Part shown: positions 1-9,135 of the stretch, one piece after another
Numbering within the stretch: the stretch's first letter is position 1
Layout of the letters: the number at the start of each line of letters is the position of its first letter
DNA from: an uncultured bacterium
GTDB lineage: Bacteria > Krumholzibacteriota > Krumholzibacteriia > Krumholzibacteriales > Krumholzibacteriaceae
Reading direction: 5' to 3'
Assembly: GCA_965371515.1 (NCBI GenBank)
Contig: CBDUYR010000015.1
Coordinates: 1 to 55,579 of the forward strand
DNA: 55,579 nt
Notes under the pieces: generated by a model
The model's input: only the letters and a program-made list of their open reading frames with translations
Databases searched by the model: none
What the model was told of the DNA's origin: nothing
Made by a program: the position numbers and the translations under genes

Positions 1-87
1 ATAAACAGAAGGGACAGGATCGGACTGATAATCCGTTGCGGAGCAGACGGGCACCCTATCTCCACCACGATCTGCCTCCAACCGTAT

Positions 88-108
88 TGGTGCCCTCCGG
101 GTGCCCCC
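88..108 (+). repeat. Direct repeat copy 1 (TGGTGCCCTCCGGGTGCCCCC), integrase arm-type-like site
   Basis: 19/21 identical to 3306-3326; contains tandem GGTGCCC units. Confidence 0.7.
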
Positions 109-174
109 GCTGCATAATACGCCACCGGCTCCTATAACCTGATTCCCTATCCCTTTGATTTCTTTGAGATAAAA

Positions 175-188
175 TGGTGGGCGATACT
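175..188 (-). mobile_element. tRNA 3'-end remnant (AGTATCGCCCACCA), putative att core of an integrative element
   Basis: Minus strand ends in CCACCA and resembles the acceptor-stem 3' end of tRNA-Val; no T-loop (GTTCGA) precedes it, so it is not an intact tRNA. Confidence 0.55.
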
Positions 189-534
189 AATGTTGAGGTT
201 GTGATGTCCGCGTTGTTGAATCACCTGATCGATGTTATTTCATAGACAATATTTACATCGGCAGCGCGAGCCCAGATATCTGAGCTGCCCCTCCCCTGGG
301 GTCCCCCCGGCGCTCGATTGGGTTGGATCGCGTTGCTGTGTATGCGCCGGGCTTTGTTGGGATGGAATTAATGGACAGGACAGAGATCATTCTATCCAGA
401 TTTGCTGTAGCTTGCACTATTTCCCGTTTCTCCCATCATCCAACCTATAAAATCCATATATTTTGCAATCTCCCAAGTTGAATATGCCAAAAGAACCAAA
501 AATCATTACTCGGATGCAATTAATGGAATGGACA

Positions 535-2013
535 CTACTCCGAGGACCGGGATGCAGCTCCAACGAGTTCGGTTTTCTCCAATCGCGTGTCGCCTTTACG
601 CGTCATTATTAGGGTATCGAGCGGTTTGGGGATAACAGGCCTTCCCGCTCTGCGCCATGCGTCGATCATGATCCAAAGAACAACCAGGTGTGTTAGCGCG
701 CCGATAAAGATCAGAGCTGAGAAAGGCTGTCCAAGTAACGCACCGACAGCGATAACGAGGACTCGAAGGTCGCGCCGCTTCAACCGGTTGAGATAATTGT
801 TGGGATACGGTTTCCCGAACCTCAGCTCGTACTCTTTAGTCACATAGCTTGCAAGCAGGAAGCTCATGATCGCAACCAGACCGGCGGGCCAGATCCACGG
901 TGCGGAGTACAGCCGGGATGCTGCAAACGTTACAGCAATGCCGACGGCCAGATCGGCGTAACGATCCAGCATTGTGTCCAGCCACGCACCGCGGGAGCTT
1001 TGTAAATGCTTGATCCGCGCAATCTCCCCGTCGCATCCATCGAGGATGGATGCCAATTGAATGAGCAATCCACCGATCAACCACGCCCACGCGCTGGTCA
1101 GGGCCAGCGCACCCGCGCCGAGAAGTCCCAGAAGGAAGCACACCATGGAGATCTGATTGGGTGACACCGAGGTTCTTGAGAGAACCTTCGACACCACCCG
1201 GGAGATCGGACGGTTCAAATACTGCGACACGAAACCGTCTTCAGAGCCCTTCGTCAGTGACGCATCAACCAGGGCCACCGCCTCGCGGACGGCTTCGGGC
1301 GTATCCACGTCGATCCAGTCGTTTCCGGTAACGTCGATTGCCTGCACTCCACTGTTGAAACACTCGCGAATGCCGTCCGTCAGAGAGAAGCCTCTATGCA
1401 CACGCGCACGCGACAGACCACGGAACAGCTCGCCCGTGCAGTAGAAAAGTCCTGTATCACCTGCATCCCACTTCTCGAGGTCTTTACCGATCTCGGCGAT
1501 GTGATTGTTTTCGATGCGGACTTTGGTCAGATCGTCTTCGTCGAATATGTGGTTCTTGTCGTAATCGACTGCCAGGGCGATTCCTTCCGGCGGCGGTGGC
1601 TCGGAGACAAGCTTCAGAATCAACTCCTGCGATAGCAGATGGTCAACCATAGTCAAGAGGAACGGTTCGTCACCGACCAGCGACTCGGCTGCCGCAGCCG
1701 AGCAACCGTTGCCCCGTACCCAGTCCTTTGCGACGATGGAATCGATCGCGCAGCACCGCCGCTTTGCGATGCACTCGAAGTGGGCTCGCACGGGGTCCGC
1801 ATTGGCGCCGAGCACAACCACGAACCGGTCAATGCCTACGCTTTGAAGCTGGGCGACGGAGCGCTCCGCCAGGGAAAGGCCCCTCACGTTAATCAGTGGT
1901 TTGGGAATGGTGTCCGAGCCGTTCTGCAGCCGGTATCCATTGCCAGCCGCCAAAATCACGGCTATTGGCGCCGAAGATTGTCCATTGCCGTTCTTACAAG
2001 ACAATAATCGCAT
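535..2013 (-). CDS. Bifunctional inositol-1-phosphate cytidylyltransferase / CDP-alcohol phosphotransferase (IPCT/DIPPS-like)
   Basis: N-terminal NTP-transferase (ILAAGNGYRL..PKPL, WIDVDTPE); C-terminal CDP-alcohol motif DGCDGEIAR..GAWLDTMLD; linker DGFVSQYLNRPIS typical of DIPPS. Confidence 0.85.
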   Translation of the reverse strand: MRLLSCKNGNGQSSAPIAVILAAGNGYRLQNGSDTIPKPLINVRGLSLAERSVAQLQSVGIDRFVVVLGANADPVRAHFECIAKRRCCAIDSIVAKDWVRGNGCSAAAAESLVGDEPFLLTMVDHLLSQELILKLVSEPPPPEGIALAVDYDKNHIFDEDDLTKVRIENNHIAEIGKDLEKWDAGDTGLFYCTGELFRGLSRARVHRGFSLTDGIRECFNSGVQAIDVTGNDWIDVDTPEAVREAVALVDASLTKGSEDGFVSQYLNRPISRVVSKVLSRTSVSPNQISMVCFLLGLLGAGALALTSAWAWLIGGLLIQLASILDGCDGEIARIKHLQSSRGAWLDTMLDRYADLAVGIAVTFAASRLYSAPWIWPAGLVAIMSFLLASYVTKEYELRFGKPYPNNYLNRLKRRDLRVLVIAVGALLGQPFSALIFIGALTHLVVLWIMIDAWRRAGRPVIPKPLDTLIMTRKGDTRLEKTELVGAASRSSE

Positions 2014-2848
2014 TGATAATCTCCTTCAATAAATCGGGTGTTGCCGCCGCGATCAAGGTAGTGCGGTCCAGTAACCCGCCGAAAGGTCCTAGCGGTGAGC
2101 CGTCGAGCTGGACCACTTGGCCTCCCGCCTCCATGACCACAAGCGATGCGGCAAGAAAACTCTCAGGCGTCAGTCGGCGTCGGACGTCAACGTGTGCGTC
2201 GAGAGACCCCGCCGCAACGAGACACATGGCTCGTGAAGCGCAGCCATAGGCGCGCACACCGGCACAGGCATGCAGCGTTTCCGCCAGCGTGCGGTCCGGG
2301 CTCCAGTGGTTGAGCTCGAAAGACACCACTGCCTCGCGGAGCTTTCGCACTCCAGATGTCTTCAACCGGTGACCACGTTGGTGGGCACCCTTGCCGCGCG
2401 ATGCGAGAATCGGGGTCGGTTCCGCGAGGTCGCCGACCACCGCGTGAACCACGTTTTTCGGTGCGAGCGGGGCGCTTCGCGGCAACACTGCAATCGAAAG
2501 AGCCGCCAAAGGCAGGCCTCGAGCGTAGTTCTCAGACCCGTCAACGGGGTCGACGACGAAACAATGGCCACCGTCGGGGGCTCCAAACTCGACGTCGTCG
2601 AATTCTTCCGACAAGAGGACCCCGTCCATGTCTCGCCGGGTCAACCAGTCCCGTACCCACTCGTCAATCAAGGTGTCGAACCGACGCTGCCGGTCGCCCT
2701 TGGCGTTGTACCCGGTCACGGCGTTTCCATCACCGCGTTGCATGATTTCTGCTAAATGATCTCGATACTCCGTGTACAAAGAGTCCAATAGCTTGATGAT
2801 GTGTTCATCGAGAAACGAAGTTTGTTCCATATTCTGCAAACACCTCAA
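1994..2848 (-). CDS. Inositol monophosphatase / FBPase family protein
   Basis: LSEE and VVDPVDGSENY metal-binding motifs, RAYGCAS, EAGG; true start may be the ATG at 2830; overlaps the IPCT/DIPPS start. Confidence 0.85.
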   Translation of the reverse strand: MRCLQNMEQTSFLDEHIIKLLDSLYTEYRDHLAEIMQRGDGNAVTGYNAKGDRQRRFDTLIDEWVRDWLTRRDMDGVLLSEEFDDVEFGAPDGGHCFVVDPVDGSENYARGLPLAALSIAVLPRSAPLAPKNVVHAVVGDLAEPTPILASRGKGAHQRGHRLKTSGVRKLREAVVSFELNHWSPDRTLAETLHACAGVRAYGCASRAMCLVAAGSLDAHVDVRRRLTPESFLAASLVVMEAGGQVVQLDGSPLGPFGGLLDRTTLIAAATPDLLKEIINAIIVL

Positions 2849-3305
2849 CCTGTACTTGTGTTGCCGTAAAATCGCTAAGCTAGAAACACTGTCAGAGGTT
2901 ACTCAATGACAGCAATCTGGAACGATCCCGTTCGAGGATGCTGGTGACATCGGCCTGGATTAGCCCCCCCGGGACCTCCTGGCCTTTAGGAGAACCTGGC
3001 CTATGTCTTTGGGCTCATTCTGCCATGGGGATTTCGTTGAGACATTGTCCTCACCTGATACTCCTAACACAGGAGAGTCGAAGCGTCAATATTGTTTAAT
3101 AATCTAACTTGGACCGGGCGTGCCTTTCTTCAACAAGCGAACAGCGGCAAGAGTCTTAACTCTTGGAATAGCAAACCGTTGCGGCTCATCTGGTTCTAAC
3201 AGCCGAGTTCGAGTTGTGTCCCGTGGGGAGTTGTGCCTTCTGAAAACTCTGCCCCCTTACAACACTTACACTTCCCCAATAACGAGAGAAATCAGACCCA
3301 GAAAC

Positions 3306-3326
3306 TGGTGCCCTGTGGGTGCCCCC
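3306..3326 (+). repeat. Direct repeat copy 2 (TGGTGCCCTGTGGGTGCCCCC)
   Basis: 19/21 identical to 88-108. Confidence 0.7.
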
Positions 3327-3647
3327 ACCACATCTTGCTGCATATTCCCCAGTTCAATTATCCCGTAAGAGTTGAATTATACGATAGAACCCGGTTTCTG
3401 CAGCAGATACCGCGCTTGAGGTCACCTGTGTGTAAAACAGTCGTTCTGAGACAGTCAAATTCGTATGAATCTAAGAGACTGTTGATCATGAACTTGTTCG
3501 CTCTCACCTCTTTCTTTACTGCCAGACCTGTTAAACGTTATATTTCTCCTTTCCCGCTTGGACTGACTCGAAAAAAACAGTTTACCGACGATAACGATTC
3601 TTATATTATTGCTTTCCTTACTGTTTACGAAAGGATTACGACAACTG

Positions 3648-4136
3648 ATGGAGAGATTTCTCGCGCGGCTGCTGCTTGCGGCCCTGCTGGTATTCATATA
3701 TATAGTCTGGACGGGATCGGCCGACAGGTCCGACGTCGCGGTTATATCCGCCGCCGCCCTGCTCGTCTCGATCTTCTTTTCAAGGACCCGGCGCATACCC
3801 CGGATAACCCCGGTGAAGGTCGCCTGGTCCCTCGCCTACATAGGATACCTCTTCATTGCGATCGTGAAGGCGAACTTCGACGTCGCGAGCAGGATAGTCA
3901 AGAGAAAGATCCCCCTCAATCCGGGCATCGTCACCGTAAGGACACGGCTGAGCTCGCCGTTCGGCAGGACCGTCCTGGCCAATTCGATTACGCTGACCCC
4001 GGGGACCCTCTCGGTCGAGATAAAGGGAGACCTTCTATACGTCCACTGGATCGATGTGGCGACAACTGATCGCGAAGAAGCAACGGCGGAGATAGTCGCG
4101 GGTTTCGAGAAATACCTGGAGGTCATCTTTGGCTGA
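3648..4136 (+). CDS. mbxA: Mrp/Mbx antiporter subunit E (MnhE/MbxA-like)
   Basis: ANSITLTPGTL..LYVHWID motif; ATG 3648 downstream of AAGGA. Confidence 0.88.
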   Translation: MERFLARLLLAALLVFIYIVWTGSADRSDVAVISAAALLVSIFFSRTRRIPRITPVKVAWSLAYIGYLFIAIVKANFDVASRIVKRKIPLNPGIVTVRTRLSSPFGRTVLANSITLTPGTLSVEIKGDLLYVHWIDVATTDREEATAEIVAGFEKYLEVIFG

Positions 4137-4389
4137 GATAATTCTAAAGGTATCTCTCGTGATCTCGATGCTCGGGATCATCATCGCGACTATCAGGCTC
4201 TTCAAGGGCCCCACAGCGCCGAACAGGGCGATCGCACTCGACACGATGACCCTTATCTCGATCTCGACGATAGTCCTCGTGGCCCTCTTTGCGGGCAGGG
4301 TGATCTATCTCGACGCCGCTATGGTATATGCTGTACTCAGCTTCATCGGTGTCGTGGCGGTTGCGAGACACATCGAGGGAGGGCTCTGA
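4129..4389 (+). CDS. mbxB: Mrp/Mbx antiporter subunit F (MnhF/MbxB-like)
   Basis: RLFKGPTAPNRAIALD motif, about 3 TM helices; overlaps the upstream gene. Confidence 0.88.
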   Translation: MAEIILKVSLVISMLGIIIATIRLFKGPTAPNRAIALDTMTLISISTIVLVALFAGRVIYLDAAMVYAVLSFIGVVAVARHIEGGL

Positions 4390-4727
4390 TGGAGATCCTC
4401 AAGATGGCCGGTGCCCTGGTGACGCTTGTCGGATCGCTCTTCCTCTTTCTCGGAGCTGTCGGGATCGTGCGGATGCCCGACCTCTACAACCGTATGCAGG
4501 CAGGTACAAAGGCGACCACACTGGGAACGATACTCACCCTTCTCGGCATCGGCATATATCATCCCCCCTGGCTGGGGAAAATGCTGCTGCTCGTCATATT
4601 CGTAGCTATCACCAACCCGATATCATCACACGCCCTCGCGCGCGCCGCGCATTTTGCCGGCCTGCCGCTTACGAAGGGCAGCGTCTGCGACACACTCGCC
4701 GACGACGAAGAGGGTGATGACGCATGA
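4389..4727 (+). CDS. mbxC: Mrp/Mbx antiporter subunit G (MnhG/MbxC-like)
   Basis: RMPDLYNRMQAGTKATTLG and TNPISSHALARAA motifs. Confidence 0.9.
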   Translation: MEILKMAGALVTLVGSLFLFLGAVGIVRMPDLYNRMQAGTKATTLGTILTLLGIGIYHPPWLGKMLLLVIFVAITNPISSHALARAAHFAGLPLTKGSVCDTLADDEEGDDA

Positions 4728-4978
4728 TGATGACTGTCCTCTTCGTAGTGATAAGTGTCGTCCTGCTGCTGGCCGCCCTGCTTGCAGTTCACATGAAGAG
4801 CCTTCTCGGCGCGATCATCGCCGCCGGAGTGGTCAGCCTCTTTGTCAGCATACTCTTCCTCATCCTCGGGGCTCCCGACGTCGCCATGACCGAGGCGGCG
4901 ATCGGTGCGGGGCTCTCGATGGTTATCTTCCTGTTCGCGTTAAGCAGGACCGCGGGGAGGGACGCAGACGATGATTAA
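4724..4978 (+). CDS. mbxD: MbhD/DUF4040-type small membrane subunit
   Basis: APDVAMTEAAIGAG motif; ATGA overlap with the previous gene. Confidence 0.85.
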   Translation: MMMTVLFVVISVVLLLAALLAVHMKSLLGAIIAAGVVSLFVSILFLILGAPDVAMTEAAIGAGLSMVIFLFALSRTAGRDADDD

Positions 4979-5669
4979 GCGCGTACTGATCCTCGTGGTG
5001 CTGTCCTTCTTCCTCTTCCTGTTCCTCAGCAGGGTCGCCGGGATAGACACTCCGGCCCAGCTCACCGGCGTCGGAGCGGGATATGTCGACAGAAGCGTCG
5101 AGGAGCTCAACTCGCCCAACGTCATTACGGCAATAGTCGTCACATACAGGGGGATCGACACACTCGGAGAGGTGAGCGTCCTTTTCCTCGCCGCTGCGGC
5201 TATATCCCTTCTGCTGAGAACCACGACGAAAAAGAACGGTGAAGGCGGCGTAGAGGAAAAAAGATCCGCGAGCGAAATACTGACCACGGGGACAGATATC
5301 CTCGTTCCGGTGATAATGCTGTTCGGAATCTACATCTTTCTTCACGGGCACCTCTCTCCGGGCGGAGGATTCCAGGGCGGCGCTGTCGTAGCATCGGCCG
5401 TTCTCCTTCTCTTCCTCGCCTACCCCGGGTTCAGGCTCAGGCACGGCATACTCGCCGCGCTCGAATCCCTTTCGGGAACAGCCTACGTCGTGATAGCGGT
5501 GCTCGGTCTGATTCTCGCATCGGGATTCCTCGACAGCAGGCTCATGGCCCTCGGAGAGACTGGAAGGATAATAAGCGCGGGAACGATCCCGCTCGTATAC
5601 ACGCTGATCGGCCTCAAGGTAGGCACGGAGCTGGCGGGGATAATCGACAGCCTCGGAGGTGACAGATGA
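4971..5669 (+). CDS. MnhB-type subunit (MbhE+MbhF-like, MbxF)
   Basis: NVITAIVVTYRGIDTLGE and HGHLSPGGGFQGG motifs. Confidence 0.88.
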   Translation: MIKRVLILVVLSFFLFLFLSRVAGIDTPAQLTGVGAGYVDRSVEELNSPNVITAIVVTYRGIDTLGEVSVLFLAAAAISLLLRTTTKKNGEGGVEEKRSASEILTTGTDILVPVIMLFGIYIFLHGHLSPGGGFQGGAVVASAVLLLFLAYPGFRLRHGILAALESLSGTAYVVIAVLGLILASGFLDSRLMALGETGRIISAGTIPLVYTLIGLKVGTELAGIIDSLGGDR

Positions 5670-6010
5670 CCTCCCTGGCGATGATAACCGGCGGGCTCCT
5701 GATGGCGATCGGATTCTGGGGTATCCTCACCCGCAGGAACCTGATCAGGATGATTCTCTCTCTCGCCATTACCGAGACAGGCCTCCACCTCGTGATGATA
5801 GCTGTCGGATACGTGCGCCATGGAACGGCGCCGATACTCAACGAAGCGGCCGCCGCGTCGCAGACGGTCGACCCGGTACCACAGGCGCTCGTCCTGACGG
5901 CGATCGTTATCGGGGTGGCAGTCAACGCCCTCCTGCTCGCTCTGATAATCAGGCTCTACAGAAAAAAAGGCACGCTTGACGTTGAGGTCTTCAGGGAGCT
6001 GAGATGGTAA
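5666..6010 (+). CDS. mbxG: Mrp/Mbx antiporter subunit C (MnhC/MbxG-like)
   Basis: DPVPQALVLTAIVIG motif. Confidence 0.9.
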   Translation: MTSLAMITGGLLMAIGFWGILTRRNLIRMILSLAITETGLHLVMIAVGYVRHGTAPILNEAAAASQTVDPVPQALVLTAIVIGVAVNALLLALIIRLYRKKGTLDVEVFRELRW

Positions 6011-9000
6011 ATCCCGTATGGATAATCGCGGCCGGTCTCGGCGCCGCATTCCTCATGCCCCTCGCTGAAAGGGCGGGCAGGCCGGTGATACGCCTGCTCA
6101 TGTCCGCCGCACTCCTCTTTATGACATACATACCGTTGAGGCATTTCATCGAGACAGTCTTCTGCCGCGCCGATGCAGCCATGGTATATACCGCCGGGTT
6201 CCGCCCTCCCTTCTCGATCGTATTGAGGATGGGCGCTGCGGAGGCGGCCCTCGCGGCGGCGACAGGAATACTGGCACTCCTCGGTTCGCTCTACATGAAC
6301 CGGCAGCTCGGGCGCGGCGGGGCCGCTGCCCATTCACTCTTCCTGCTGTTTGTGATGGGGATCGTCGGAATGGTAATGACGAGGGACCTGTTCAATCTCT
6401 TCGTCTTCCTCGAGGTCGTAGCGATCTCGAGCTATGCGCTGATCGCGATGGAGGGCTCGCTCAGGTCGATCTCAGCCGCGCTCAAGTACGCGCTGGCCGG
6501 CAGTATCGCCAGCGTCTTCCTTCTTATAGGAATTATCTTCCTCTACAGGGCCGGGGGATCCCTCGACATCGACCTCCTGGGATCATCGGCAGCTGCCGCG
6601 GCAGCACCGGTCGCCGCGTTCATGCTTGTCTTCGCACTTCTTGTAGAGTCTAAGCAGTTCCCCGCAAACGGTTGGGCACTCGACGTTTACGAGGCGGCCG
6701 ATCCGGGGATGGCCGCAATGATCTCGGCTGGTTCAACCGGGGCTGTTCTCTTCGCGCTGTGGAAGATAGTCCCGCTGGCGGGCGAGACCTGGTATGGCGT
6801 GATCGCGATCGCGGGAATAGCGACATTCGTTCTATCGAATCTCATGGGCCTGAAGCAGACCAGCGTCAGGAGGATGCTCGGCTATTCGTCGGTGGCCCAG
6901 ACCGGACTTATCATCTTTATAATAGGAGCCGGCAGGATAACAGGGGTTTCGACGGGACCGTGGGTGTTAATCCTTGCGGCCATATTCTTCAACCATTTCC
7001 TCGCCAAGGCGGGCCTCTTCTGGCTCTCCGGTATAGTCGGGCGTGATCGCGTAGACGAGTGGAAGGCCATCGCCGGGCGGCCCCTTCTGCTCGCCTTGAT
7101 GGGACTGTTCATCATCTCCCTGGTCGGCATCCCGCCGCTGGCGGGCTTCTGGGGGAAGTACGCCCTTATAATGAAACTGCACGGCGAAGGCGCGTGGGTC
7201 TTCAGGGGACTCGTACTTCTCGGCTCTCTTCTCGAGGCGGCCTACCTTCTCAGATGGTTCGGATATGCCGTTGGCGGAGAGAAGTCCGGCGATGAAAAAC
7301 TGCCGATAAATTTCTCATCGATACTGCCCCCTGTATTCTTCGCAGTCCTGTCGATCGCCGCCGCCTGGTTCCTGTCGATTGATGCTTTCGGAAACCCTCC
7401 GCTCTTTATGGTCGTCCTGTTCGCAGGCATCGTCCTGTTCGCACTCGGCAGGCTTCCCGATATGCTTAAGGGGCTCCTCTCGATCGGCGCTGTCGGCTGG
7501 CTGGCCTGGCACATCATCCCGAATTCATCGGGTTATCCCCAGTTCTTCGCAGGCTTCTTCCTCATCGGCGGAGGAGTGATCCTTATCGCCTCGATGGCGA
7601 GGCGCGGACACTCGTTCGGATTCCACGCGCTCGTCGTTACGATGCTCGGTTCACTCGCCTGCCTGACAACAGCGGGCGGTCCGGCTGAGTTCTTCATATG
7701 CTGGGAGCTTATGACGGTATCGTCATACCTGCTCATCCTGCGCGGCAGGAAGGCGGGTATTCCCGCTCTGATGTACGTCCTGTTCTCACTCGGTGGAGCC
7801 TACCTCCTGCTTGCTGGACTCGCCGCGGGCAACCCTGCGGGTGCAGGCTGGGCAGGATTCTCAGGCGGGTGGGAGAGCTTTACGTGGACCCTTCCGGCCC
7901 TCTCTCTCGCTGCCGCCGGGTTCCTCGTGAAGGCCGCGACTCTCGGCGTCCATATCTGGGCGCCAGGCTCATATGCCGAAGCGGAAGACGACGCCTCACC
8001 GCTGCTCTCGGGGATCCTCTCGAAGGCGGGAATATTCGGTCTGGTCGTGGCTCTCAGCGCCGCGGCAGCATCGGGCCTCGAGGCGAACCTGCTCTATACG
8101 ATAATCGGATGGCTCGGCGCGCTCACGGCCCTCTTCGGCGCGTTGTACGCCGCATTCCAGGAAGACATGAAGAAACTGATCGCCTGGTCAAGCATCGGCC
8201 AGGTCGGATACATCGTGATGGGGCTCGCCGCGATGAACAACATGGGATGGACCGCCGCAGCCTGGCAGACCATCGCGCACCTTCTCTTTTCGGGACTCCT
8301 CTTCCTCGCTATCGCCGGAGTGATCCTTCGCACCGGCGTGCGGAACATGTACGAGACGGGCGGCCTGATAAAGAAGATGCCGGCGACATTCATCTCGGTA
8401 CTGATCGGTATCATCGCCCTTTCCGGCGTCCCGCCCCTGACAGGGTTCGCCGCGAAGTGGCTCCTCTACCAGTCACTGATAGAGAGGGGCTGGTACCTCC
8501 AGGCGGGGATGGCCTTCTTCTCCAGCGCAATAGCATTCCTGTACTGCTTCAGGCTGATACACGCCGTATTCCTCGGGCAGCTCAAACCGAAACACACTTC
8601 AGTGAAGGAAGCACCGATCCTGATGCTGATCCCTCAGTACATACTCATCATGGGGATCATGCTCTTCTCGACATTCCCGGGCACATTGATCAAGCCCGCC
8701 TCGGCAATGGCGGCGAAGCTCTTCCCGTCACCCTTCGTGTGGGACGGCTTCTCAGTATCGACGCCGCTGGGATACATGAACGGAACATTCGTGATGCTCC
8801 TCGTCTGCGCCCTCTTCGGGCTGATGCTCCTCTTCCTTCTGCTCTGGGGACCGAGGCCGAGGAAGATCGGCCAGCTCAATATAGTCTTCGCGGCAGAGAG
8901 GCCCGAGTCGCCGGCGACCGCGCATTACGCATGGGCATTCTTCGAGCCGTACCGCCGCGCGATGGCGCCGGTCCTCAAACCGCTCGCAATGCATTTCTGG

Positions 9001-9135
9001 GAAGGGGTCTCCGAATGGACACTCACTCTCGGAGCGATGTTCAGGCACGTCTACACCGGTAACGCACAGACTAACCTGCTCTTTATTCTCATATACGGTA
9101 TCGCCCTCTTCTTCATCTCGGGAGGCTCATTATGA
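6004..9135 (+). CDS. Fused tandem proton-translocating antiporter-like subunits (MrpD-type MbxH + MbxH')
   Basis: 1043 aa with two MrpD/NuoM-like modules: DLFNLFVFLE..RMLGYSSVAQ..GIPPLAGFWGK, then FFICWELMT..KKLIAWSSIGQ..GVPPLTGFAAK. Confidence 0.88.
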   Translation: MVNPVWIIAAGLGAAFLMPLAERAGRPVIRLLMSAALLFMTYIPLRHFIETVFCRADAAMVYTAGFRPPFSIVLRMGAAEAALAAATGILALLGSLYMNRQLGRGGAAAHSLFLLFVMGIVGMVMTRDLFNLFVFLEVVAISSYALIAMEGSLRSISAALKYALAGSIASVFLLIGIIFLYRAGGSLDIDLLGSSAAAAAAPVAAFMLVFALLVESKQFPANGWALDVYEAADPGMAAMISAGSTGAVLFALWKIVPLAGETWYGVIAIAGIATFVLSNLMGLKQTSVRRMLGYSSVAQTGLIIFIIGAGRITGVSTGPWVLILAAIFFNHFLAKAGLFWLSGIVGRDRVDEWKAIAGRPLLLALMGLFIISLVGIPPLAGFWGKYALIMKLHGEGAWVFRGLVLLGSLLEAAYLLRWFGYAVGGEKSGDEKLPINFSSILPPVFFAVLSIAAAWFLSIDAFGNPPLFMVVLFAGIVLFALGRLPDMLKGLLSIGAVGWLAWHIIPNSSGYPQFFAGFFLIGGGVILIASMARRGHSFGFHALVVTMLGSLACLTTAGGPAEFFICWELMTVSSYLLILRGRKAGIPALMYVLFSLGGAYLLLAGLAAGNPAGAGWAGFSGGWESFTWTLPALSLAAAGFLVKAATLGVHIWAPGSYAEAEDDASPLLSGILSKAGIFGLVVALSAAAASGLEANLLYTIIGWLGALTALFGALYAAFQEDMKKLIAWSSIGQVGYIVMGLAAMNNMGWTAAAWQTIAHLLFSGLLFLAIAGVILRTGVRNMYETGGLIKKMPATFISVLIGIIALSGVPPLTGFAAKWLLYQSLIERGWYLQAGMAFFSSAIAFLYCFRLIHAVFLGQLKPKHTSVKEAPILMLIPQYILIMGIMLFSTFPGTLIKPASAMAAKLFPSPFVWDGFSVSTPLGYMNGTFVMLLVCALFGLMLLFLLLWGPRPRKIGQLNIVFAAERPESPATAHYAWAFFEPYRRAMAPVLKPLAMHFWEGVSEWTLTLGAMFRHVYTGNAQTNLLFILIYGIALFFISGGSL

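Noticed and set aside
175..260. Intact tRNA gene
   Set aside because: Only the last 14 nt resemble a tRNA; no T-loop or cloverleaf.
3233..4069. 278-aa ORF upstream of and overlapping mbxA
   Set aside because: No recognisable motifs; it runs through an AT-rich promoter region and off-frame over mbxA.
7698..9062. 454-aa Arg-rich alternate-frame ORF
   Set aside because: Inside the antiporter gene, with the composition of an off-frame reading.
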